Assembly (NCBI GenBank): GCA_963847445.1
Contig: CAWJZV010000002.1
Span: 135,127 to 199,126 of the forward strand
Direction: 5' to 3'
Length of the DNA stretch: 64,000 nt
Source of the DNA: an uncultured delta proteobacterium
GTDB lineage: Bacteria > Desulfobacterota > Binatia > UBA9968
Part shown: positions 56,089 through 64,000 of the stretch, piece by piece
Layout: every line of letters begins with the position of its first letter
Numbering within the stretch: position 1 is the stretch's first letter
Made by a program: the position numbers and the translations under genes
The notes under the pieces: model-generated
Told to the model about the DNA's origin: nothing
Database searches by the model: none
The model's input: only the letters and a program-made list of their open reading frames with translations

Positions 56089-57492
56089 TCACCTGGTGAC
56101 AAAAAGCACCCACGGCGTCCCGATCAGCAAGAACACCACCAGGAAGGCGAGCGTAGTGAAGAACCCCAACCGGTAGAGCTCGCCCTGGGTGAGGTAGCCG
56201 CTCGCCGCGAAGATGATGTTCTGGCTTCCACCCTGCGGGGTGATCACCGAGAAATAGCTGCTCGCGAACAATAGGCCGAAAGCCATCAGCGGCGCCGGCA
56301 CCCCGCCGCGAACGCCGACGTCGAGAAAGACGCCGAGCAGCGCCAGCACCTGTGAAGTCTGGCTCACGAACAGGTAATGGATGCCGACATAGAGGCTGAT
56401 CAGGGTGACGTACAAGGCCGGCCAGGACAGGCCGCCGAGGCGCGAGGCGAGGCGCTCGCCCACGTAGCCCATGAAGCCAAGCTCGTTCAACTGGCCGCTC
56501 AGGGCGAAAAGGACCGCGAGCCAAAGGAAGGTTGCCAGCGTGTCCCCCTGGGTGGCGATGTCATCGAGCGTAAGCACGTTCGCCAACAACAGCGCGCCGA
56601 AACCTAGGAACGCGACGCTGGTCACGTTGAGCTTCAAACTATCCGCCAACACCCAGCCAGTGACCATCACCACGAAGGTCACGGCGGTGATCCACTCGTC
56701 TCGCGACAACGGCCCCATGCGGGCGAGTGCAGCGCGTGCCGCTGCGGGGGCTTCGGGCGTCGCGCCGACGCCGGGCGGAAAGAGCTTCGAAACCAGCACA
56801 GGCAACATCCCGATTGCGATGAGTGCCGGCACCGAGGAGGCAAGGAACCAGCTGCCGAAGCCGATCTCAAGCCCGAACTTCTGCGCGATCTGCACGCCGA
56901 TCGGATTGGCTGAGGTGGCCGTCATCCAGAGGGCGGAAGAGACCGCTAGACTCGCCATCGCGCAGAACATGAGGTAGCCGCCGAGCCGCCGTCCCTCGGG
57001 GTCGTCGGGGTTGGAGCCCGCTCCCTTGGACACCGACAGCACGATCGGGAAGAGCACGCCGCCGCGCGCCGTGTTGCTGGGAAACGCCGGCGCGATGGCT
57101 GCGTCGGTGAGCACGATGCTGTAGGCAAGGCCGCGGGAGGAGCCGCCGAAGTGGCTCACCATGAACAGGCTGATGCGCTGGCCGAGCCCCGACTTCACCA
57201 CCGCCTGCGCGACTATGAACGCGACCACCACGAGCAGCACGCTGGTATTGGCGAAACCCGCAAACGCCTGCGCCGGCGTGATCGTCCCGGTAAGGACGAC
57301 GGTCCCCACGGCAATCATCGAGGCCGTGAGGAGCGGGAAGGCGCCGATGAGCACGGACACGATGGCCGCGACGAATACCGCGAACAGATGCCATGCCGGA
57401 GCGGTGAGGCCTGCCGGCACCGGGGCGAACCAGATGCCAATGGCGATCGCGAAGGGCACCGCGCGCTTCAGGAGCAATCCGGGTGCGATCAT
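56089..57492 (-). CDS. DASS family anion symporter/antiporter
   Basis: APAFPSNTARGG, LWMTATSANP and HYLFVSQT. Confidence 0.88.
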   Translation of the reverse strand: MIAPGLLLKRAVPFAIAIGIWFAPVPAGLTAPAWHLFAVFVAAIVSVLIGAFPLLTASMIAVGTVVLTGTITPAQAFAGFANTSVLLVVVAFIVAQAVVKSGLGQRISLFMVSHFGGSSRGLAYSIVLTDAAIAPAFPSNTARGGVLFPIVLSVSKGAGSNPDDPEGRRLGGYLMFCAMASLAVSSALWMTATSANPIGVQIAQKFGLEIGFGSWFLASSVPALIAIGMLPVLVSKLFPPGVGATPEAPAAARAALARMGPLSRDEWITAVTFVVMVTGWVLADSLKLNVTSVAFLGFGALLLANVLTLDDIATQGDTLATFLWLAVLFALSGQLNELGFMGYVGERLASRLGGLSWPALYVTLISLYVGIHYLFVSQTSQVLALLGVFLDVGVRGGVPAPLMAFGLLFASSYFSVITPQGGSQNIIFAASGYLTQGELYRLGFFTTLAFLVVFLLIGTPWVLFVTR

Positions 57493-58052
57493 GGCCGCGA
57501 GCTTCCTGGGTTTGGTTGGGGCCGAACGCGGCCTTTGAGGCCGACCGCGCGTCCTTGGATCGACCCGTCCTCCGCTTCGATTACAAACTGCCAGGAGAAC
57601 TCATAGCTGCCTGTCGCGCCGGCATACCGGCCCGTGCCGCCCAGGATCGTCCCCGCGATGCGGTTTCGCGCCGCGGTGCCTTCGCCCTTGATCTCGCTGA
57701 ATACCTGCTCGCCACGCTCGTCCGTCCAGACGCTTCGGCCGAGCAGGCCGGTTTCGCTGTCGACGAGGGCAATCACCTCCGAGCGAAAACCGACGCCGGG
57801 ACGCCCCTGCCCTGCGAGTAACATCGTTCCCCGGAGGTCAATGATCGAGCCCTTTCGATCGCTACCCAGCGGAATGGTGCGGCGGCTGCCGGCGGCGTTC
57901 CAGGAGCCCTCGAACTCACGCCATTCACCGGATGCAGCGGCGGGCTTTGTCGGCTCCGCCGCCGGCTCGCAGGCGGCCATCGCAAGCGCCAGGGCGCCGA
58001 CAATGGCACGCCAGATCACTCGGTCCGCGAGGCGGCGTGCAAACGTTTTCAT
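57489..58052 (-). CDS. Hypothetical lipoprotein (beta-rich)
   Basis: MAAC lipobox; GTILGGTGRYAGATGSYEF motif. Stop overlaps the DASS start. Confidence 0.7.
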   Translation of the reverse strand: MKTFARRLADRVIWRAIVGALALAMAACEPAAEPTKPAAASGEWREFEGSWNAAGSRRTIPLGSDRKGSIIDLRGTMLLAGQGRPGVGFRSEVIALVDSETGLLGRSVWTDERGEQVFSEIKGEGTAARNRIAGTILGGTGRYAGATGSYEFSWQFVIEAEDGSIQGRAVGLKGRVRPQPNPGSSRP

Positions 58053-58112
58053 GACGCACTCATCTTACGTTACGCGTGATCAAGCCCGTGCCGGCGTAGA
58101 TAGTAGTACACG

Positions 58113-58140
58113 CTTTTCCCCAGACTTCGCTGGGGAAAAG
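58113..58140. other. Perfect 11-bp hairpin
   Basis: cttttccccag-acttcg-ctggggaaaag. Confidence 0.5.
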
Positions 58141-58266
58141 AGTTTCGCCTGTCGGCGAACAGCCGCAAACGAACCTCGGAATATCTCTCGCAAAGTAATT
58201 CATGTACCAATCGGTACAACACAGCAAATGAAAATGAGCTGCGCCACGTTCAAAGCAACGACGGAA

Positions 58267-58500
58267 AATCCCCCAGTGGCCCCCTTTGCCAAAGGGGGCG
58301 GGCCGAAGGACCGGGGGATTTTTGCCTCTAGTCGGCATTTTCATAAGAGGCGCTAAGCTCGCAAAGGTGACGGGCGATGCCCGTCATCCCGAGGAAACAC
58401 GAGGGATCTAAGATAGATTTCTCCCAAGGGTCGAAATGACAACAAATTCCGAACTTGGCGTCTTTGCGCCTTGGCGAGATGAATTTCCGAATCCGAGAAT
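58267..58500. repeat. Composite REP cluster
   Basis: aatccccc..ccccctttgccaaaggggg..gggggatt; gtcatcccgagg...gaaatgac (related copy at 36260-36320); cttggcgtctttgcgccttggcg. Confidence 0.6.
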
Positions 58501-58689
58501 TTTCGACTCCCGGATTATTAAAGCCACACGCTATGACAAACATGTTGGTGTTAGTTTTTGGATAGCAGTCCATAGTAGTACGTCCTGATCCTCATGGCTT
58601 GCGCGGGGACCTGTCATTGCTCAGCGGTCGGTTTCGTAAGCGAATAAATTTCCCCTTTATTCAAATCTGTCGCCGCTAAAGTTCTCCTG

Positions 58690-60387
58690 CTAGAGGATCA
58701 TGGCGAAATAACCAAATACAGTCAGCAAAACGCCAGAGACCGCATAACCGACCGGGAAACCGACCCACGGCACCGAGCTGTTGATTTCCTTGGCAGCCTC
58801 ACGACAGGGTCCAGAGTGCGACCGGGCGCCAGCGACACCGCCCATCAGAACCGCCGGGTTGACCTTAAAAACATGATAGCCAAGCGCCCAGGTGATAAAA
58901 GGTGGAATCGTGCTGGCAAGAAATCCGACGAGGAAAATCTTCAGTGCCACGGCCCCGGTGAGCTGTGCCAAAAGCGAGGCGCCGGCATTGATGCCGACGA
59001 TACCGACGAACGTGACCAGGCCCAAGTCCTCAAGGATGTTGCGCGCGGCATTGGGCGTGCTGCCGAAGAAGCGTAAGCGGGACACCGCCGACGACACGAA
59101 GATCCCCGATAGCAGCAGTCCGCCGGCGTTGCCCAACCCGACCGAGAAACCGCCCACCGGCACGTTGATGCCGCCAATAAGGAGTCCCAAAATCATGCCC
59201 ACCGACAGCGTGAGCAGATCGGTGCCCGTGCTCGGCCGCGCCACCTTTCCCATCACCGCGGCCACGTTCTCCACCGCGCTCTTGAGCCCGGCGACAAACA
59301 GCACGTCGAATCGTTGCAGCTGGGTGTCGGCGCCCATGGGGATCGGCACGCCGCCGCGCTCCATGCGCAGCAATTGAATCTGCCCGGCGAACTCCTCATG
59401 TCGGAACTCCTTGAGCGCCCGGCCTTCCAGGCTCTTCTCGGTGACCAGGATCTCCGCCTGGTCGAGCGGGATAGCCAGGGCCTTGGCGTCGGCTACCTCA
59501 GGGCCCAACAAACCCATGTTGGCCGTGAGATCCTCAAGCTTGCCGCCGAGAGCCACTACGTCACCTACCTGCATCGCCAGATCGGCGCTTGCGCCGAGTG
59601 CTTCTCCGCCACGCACGACATTGAGGATACGGTACTGCGGATAGCTTTGACGCAGTTGGGCGATCGTCTTGCCGGCGGTCTGTTGGTTCTCCAGGCGGTA
59701 GGCGCGCAGCCCGGCAGGTCGATAACCGGTGATGCCGGCGTCGTCGAGGTTCGGCACGCCGTGTTCCTCCTCATACTCCTTTGCGGCCTTGCGGGCATCC
59801 ACGCCCCACCACTTCGGTAGGTATTTGCAGACCAGGATTATGCCGACCGTCCCCCAGATGTAGGTGATGCCATAGCCGAGGGCGATCATCGCCGTCACAG
59901 CCTCGGCGGTGGATCCCGCCGGCACCTGGTATGCCCCCTGGGTTAGAGCCATCTCAGCCGTGCCGATGGCCGCCGACATGGTCTGGGAGCCGGCGAGGAC
60001 TCCCCCCACTGCGCCCGCCGGCAGGTCGAACAGGCGGCTCAGCACAACGGTGAGACCCAAGCCGAGGACGCTGCAGACCACCGCGAGGATGGTGAAGGTC
60101 AGGCCGTCCTTTTTCAGGCTGTTGAAGAACGATGGACCCACCCGCAATCCCACGCCGTACATGAACAGGTAGTACATCAGCGACTTGGCAAAGTTGTCGA
60201 GCTGCAGCTTGACGCCGTAGGTCGAAGCCCAAGTCGCCAGGACGACCCCAACGACGACCGCTGCCGCCACCATGCCCAAGCCGTACCCTTTGATCGTGAA
60301 CCGCCCGATCCAAACGGCCAAACCTACGGTGACAAACAAAAGGAGAAACGGATTGGTTCTGAGAAATTCAAAAAATGCTTCCATCAC
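58690..60387 (-). CDS. Second AspT/YidE/YbjL-family antiporter
   Basis: YLFMYGVGLRVGPSFF, GSQTMSAAIG, GYGITYIWG, TrkA-C domains and PWVGFPVGYAVS. Confidence 0.85.
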   Translation of the reverse strand: MMEAFFEFLRTNPFLLLFVTVGLAVWIGRFTIKGYGLGMVAAAVVVGVVLATWASTYGVKLQLDNFAKSLMYYLFMYGVGLRVGPSFFNSLKKDGLTFTILAVVCSVLGLGLTVVLSRLFDLPAGAVGGVLAGSQTMSAAIGTAEMALTQGAYQVPAGSTAEAVTAMIALGYGITYIWGTVGIILVCKYLPKWWGVDARKAAKEYEEEHGVPNLDDAGITGYRPAGLRAYRLENQQTAGKTIAQLRQSYPQYRILNVVRGGEALGASADLAMQVGDVVALGGKLEDLTANMGLLGPEVADAKALAIPLDQAEILVTEKSLEGRALKEFRHEEFAGQIQLLRMERGGVPIPMGADTQLQRFDVLFVAGLKSAVENVAAVMGKVARPSTGTDLLTLSVGMILGLLIGGINVPVGGFSVGLGNAGGLLLSGIFVSSAVSRLRFFGSTPNAARNILEDLGLVTFVGIVGINAGASLLAQLTGAVALKIFLVGFLASTIPPFITWALGYHVFKVNPAVLMGGVAGARSHSGPCREAAKEINSSVPWVGFPVGYAVSGVLLTVFGYFAMIL

Positions 60388-60461
60388 AAACTCCTATTTA
60401 CTCAGGGCCAAAGCCTTAGCCCTATCGCGGCAGCGCGAGAAACGGCTATGGCAATAGATCT

Positions 60462-63202
60462 TTAAATGTCGCCTTGTTTGCCTTTCCTCTTAGCCAGCAC
60501 TGCCGGCTTCAACAGCTTCAAACCGTGGGCGGCGTGATAACCGTGAATCTCTTTCACATCGAGCTTGCGCATGAACGTGATCGTATCGGCGGTGATGACC
60601 TGGCCCGGCACCATGATCGGAAATCCCGGCGGGTACGGAATCACGAAATTCGCCGACACCATCTCAGGGCCTTTCTTCAGCCGGTCGTCAATTTCTTTAC
60701 TGGCGAGCTTGATGAATTCGCAATTGGCGTCGTCGTAGGCCATGTAGAACGCCGGCCGCATATGGCCCTCGTTGCTCGCGCTCTTGGGTTTTTCCCGGAA
60801 AACATCGTGGAAGCGGCTGAAGTTCGGCAGGTCCGGCACATCGGTCATCAGCGATTTCACCCGCGCGGCAAAATCCGCCTGCTCTTCGCGGCCCAATTGG
60901 GCGAGGCGCAGCTCGATCTCGCGCGCTAGATCGGCGAGCACTTTGATCAGCAGCGCGCCGTCACTGCGCGTGTTGTTGATGTTAGTCTGGATCAGAATGC
61001 TGTTGCGCGAAGTTTTATTGATTTGAATATCGAAACGCTCCGCCAACAAGTTCTTGAATGCCGTGCCGTCGAAGCCTGCCGTGCCGCAGATCAGCGTCAG
61101 CCGGGTTGGGTCGAGAGCGAACTCGTCGTTGTTCCAGGCCTCGACGACGTCCCTCCAGTTGGAATTAGGCGGTCCATAGTCTTTGATCCCTGAAGCGCGG
61201 TACTCGGCCGGGACCATCTCAGCCGGGGTCGCGATATGAAAGTACTTGGAGATGAGCGGATGGTTGTTCACCTCGCGGCGAATTTTAAACGCCAGCTCGG
61301 TGGCTTTCATCGTCAGCTCGTAGCCCTCCAGCTCCATTTGCCGCCGGGCGATGTCCAGCGATGCGATAATCTGCTGGTTCGGCGAGGTCGAGGTATGCGT
61401 GAAGAAGGCTTCTTCGAATGGACCTTCGACGTGATGGAAGTCCTCGTCCCACACCAGAATGATCGAGCCCTGACGCAGCGCCGACATCGATTTGTGCACG
61501 GAGTTAGTCTGGTAGACGCGGATGCGCACTTTATCGGGGTCCGGCAGCAGGTGCATGTCGAGCAGCTTCGGGCTTTTTGGGTCGAGCTTGCCGGCCTTCG
61601 CGACAAACGCCTTGTACTCTTCACGATAGGCGGGATCGCGGTAGCGCTCCGTTAGCGCGGCCGCCGCGCCCATGGCCGTGCGCCGGCGGTGAAACGCGTT
61701 GAAGCGGGCGAAACCAAACCATGCTTCGTCCCAGAGGAAAATCAGGTCCGGCTTGATCGCGAGGCATTCCTCCATCACGCGCCTGGGATTGTACATGTGG
61801 CCGTCAAAGGTGCAGTTGGTCATGTCCACCGCCCTGACGCGATCGAGCGTGCCTTCGGCCTTGCAATCGAGCAGCGCTTTTTTGATCGTGCGCAGCGGCA
61901 CGGCGCCATACATCGAGTATTCGGTCAGCGGATAGGCTTCGACATAATAAGGCTGCGCGCCCGCCAGCACGAAACCATAGTGGTGCGATTTGTGGCAGTT
62001 GCGGTCGACGATCACGATATCGCCGGGCTTGCAGATCGCCTGCACGACGATCTTGTTGGATGTCGACGTGCCGTTGGTGCCGAAGTAGGCGCGCTTGGCG
62101 CCGAACGCCCGCGCCGCGTACTCATGGGCTTTCTTGATGTTGCCGGTGGGTTCGAGCAGACTGTCCAAGCCGCCGCTGGTCGCCGACGACTCGGCGAGAA
62201 ACAGATTCATGCCGTAGAATTGGCCCATGTCGCGGATCCAGTTGGAGCGGAAGATCGACTTGCCGCGCGCCACCGGCAGCGCATGAAACGTGCCGATCGG
62301 CCGTTGCGCATAGCGTTTGAGATTGGAAAAAAACGGCGTGTCGTAGCGATCATTGACGCCATCGAGGACCGAGAGGTGGACCTCCATGATCTCTTCAACG
62401 CTATGGAAGATGCGCCGGATCGGCGCGACCATGTCACTGCCGGCGATTTTCTCAGCGCCTCGATCAGTGAGCAGATAGATGTCCAACTCGGGGCGATAGT
62501 TCTTAATTAACCGGGCGAGCGTCGTCGCCAGCGCCCCAGGCGCAATGGCGGCCGGATCGACATTCGCATTGCGCACTAGAAAGTCGCGCATCATCGGCAG
62601 CTCATGGTGCGAACGGAACTGGAAGCCGTCGTAAATGACGACGGCTTGGACATTGTGGTTGAAGATCGTGCCGATGACGCCGTCTTCGAAGCTGCCGACC
62701 TGGACGATCTCGTAATGAAAAATATCTTCCGGGCGGCGCAGGCGCTTCAGATCGTTACGCGCCCGTTCCCAGGTGCTCGGGTCGTTGGGCGTCACCACCA
62801 GCACTTCGAAGTACGGCTTGCGGCTCTCGCCCGTCTGGCCGTCCGGCGGCAAGACATCGAGCGGGCGGGCCTCGCTTTCTTGCAGCGGGTCCCAAGCACC
62901 GCTGTCGTGGCGGTAACCGCCGGTCAGCAGCGAATTGGAAATCTTTTGCACGAGCCGCGCGAACACGCCGGCGTTGGCCTCGCCGAGCGATTCCCGAACA
63001 GTCGCCATCAGACGCGGTCCGGGTAGGCCCAATAGCTCTCCAGCGGGCTGATTTCTCGCCAGGAGCTGTGCCGCCTCGGCGAGCAATTTGTCCGCAGGCT
63101 GCCCTTGAGCAATTGCAGATTCCCAGGCTCGCCCTACGTGTTCATCTCGCACCAGCGATCGATTCTCGCCTCAGCCGCCGAAAAGAAATCTTTGAGATCC
63201 AT
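60462..63202 (-). CDS. Large Orn/Lys/Arg-type PLP-dependent decarboxylase, 5' frameshift
   Basis: FHALP, GGLDSLLEPTG, TNGTSTSNK, DRNCHKSHHY, WDEAWF, PLP lysine in TNSVHKS, HTSTSP and IPYPPGFP. Start MDLKDFF after an AGGAG RBS; indel near 63135. Confidence 0.9.
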
Positions 63203-63508
63203 GATTGTTTCTCCTACTTGGTAGATTTAACGCACACGCTTTGCTCTTTTGTCTTATTTCTTAATAAGGCCAAACCAACCATTCGTCGCGCCGTGCCGCA
63301 CCAGCGAAACTCTCGAGGTCAATAACAAACTCCCAACGATGATTAATTGAGACCTGCACGAACCATTTGTTTCCTCTCCTTCGAGTACTCACCACCAGTT
63401 TTTTCAGCGAGCCGGAAAATACCTTTGGTTGCCGAGCCGGATGGCATTCGAATCTCGTCGACACACAGTAAGTGAAATTGTCTTAGCGAATTTCGAAAAG
63501 AGTTGATA

Positions 63509-63524
63509 TTGGACTTTGGTCCAA
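63509..63524 (-). promoter_or_regulatory. Palindromic TF box, copy 4, upstream of the decarboxylase operon
   Basis: attggactttggtccaat. TAAGAC lies 23 nt downstream on the minus strand. Confidence 0.72.
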
Positions 63525-63535
63525 TCTGCCGCATT

Positions 63536-63731
63536 CTAAGAACGCAGCCAGGTTAGCGCTTCGTGGAGGCGCGGCGGAGTGAAAAACTCGATGGCCTTGG
63601 CGCAATATCCCTTGGCGGTAAAAGCAAGCGCGTCGTCCTGCCATTTTTCATCGCCGACCATAGCCATTTTCTCGATGTCTCGACCCTACTCGATCATGAG
63701 GCTCACGTTGCCCCAGTCTTCGCGGCGTTCC
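63536..63731 (-). pseudogene. Truncated SpoIIAA-like (STAS/SEC14) gene with an internal TAG
   Basis: ERREDWGNVSLMIE*GRDIEKMAMVGDEKWQDDALAFTAKGYCAKAIEFFTPPRLHEALTWLRS*. Confidence 0.65.
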
Positions 63732-63755
63732 TGCCTCGACACTCGGCGCGCGCCG

Positions 63756-64000
63756 CTAGGGCTTCACCGCCGTCCAAGTCTTGTCTGGATTGTATTCCTT
63801 CATCGCCGCGGCGACGGCCGCAGTGTTTTTTCCCAAGTCTTTTTGAAAGACCTTGCCGTCATGATTGACGATGAAACTCATGATGCCGGAGTTTTCATAG
63901 GTCGCGGGGTATGCCACCAGCGCAAAACCGCCGATCATTTTTCCTTTGACCATATAGCTGTAAGCGCCGCCGGCAGCGTCTTTTCCTTGCGCCGTGAGAA
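63756..64000 (-). CDS. DUF2950 family protein, 3' end
   Basis: GKDAAGGAYSYMVKGKMIGGFALVAYPATYENSGIMSFIVNHDGKVFQKDLG. Confidence 0.85.
   Translation of the reverse strand, partial: LTAQGKDAAGGAYSYMVKGKMIGGFALVAYPATYENSGIMSFIVNHDGKVFQKDLGKNTAAVAAAMKEYNPDKTWTAVKP

Noticed and set aside
58203-58218. TGTACC-N4-GGTACA palindrome as a fifth copy of the TF box
   Set aside because: The half-site sequence and register differ from TTGGAC-N4-GTCCAA, and it occurs once. It may be an unrelated operator.
63536-63731. In-frame TAG (and the TAA at 12319) as stop-codon recoding
   Set aside because: Intact genes in the window use TAG and TAA as normal stops, and the SpoIIAA-like gene is also 5'-truncated. 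Simple nonsense mutations explain both.

Overview
This is a GC-rich bacterial window. Gene content and repeat style suggest a deltaproteobacterium or Ca. Binatia-like genome, which is inference only. About 45 credible genes all lie on the minus strand. In transcription order (right to left): DUF2950 3' end; an Orn/Lys/Arg-type PLP decarboxylase with two AspT/YidE-family antiporters, a DASS carrier, a TRIC/UPF0126 protein and an OprD porin; an RND efflux trio; a Ca2+/H+ exchanger and K+ channel; nrfHA (CxxCH-type NrfA); zwf; sixA-CHAD-ppk2-MgtC/DUF4010; a DUF4239-like and a DUF4410 protein; a dicarboxylate symporter fused to a substrate-binding domain; DUF2934-GH63-SemiSWEET-GH13; an orphan TAXI receptor; DUF2252; two MscS channels; an AI-2E transporter; YidH; a four-helix-bundle pseudogene; a lipoprotein/DUF4105/AsmA/lipase-like envelope module; and the 5' part of an FhlA-like GAF regulator. 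Many genes in the left 40 kb are split by single-base indels, probably long-read errors. The main unannotated signals are: (1) a 16-bp palindrome TTGGAC-N4-GTCCAA found four times, each exactly 23 nt upstream of a TA-starting -10-like hexamer, pointing to an island-wide activator regulon; (2) several orphan gene stubs at module junctions (three SpoIIAA-like 3' ends, an arylsulfatase 3' end, and 5' ends of ppk2 and GH13 paralogs); (3) two sigma-54 promoters; (4) several REP/MITE and short tandem-repeat families. I found no rRNA, tRNA, CRISPR array, integrase or transposase.
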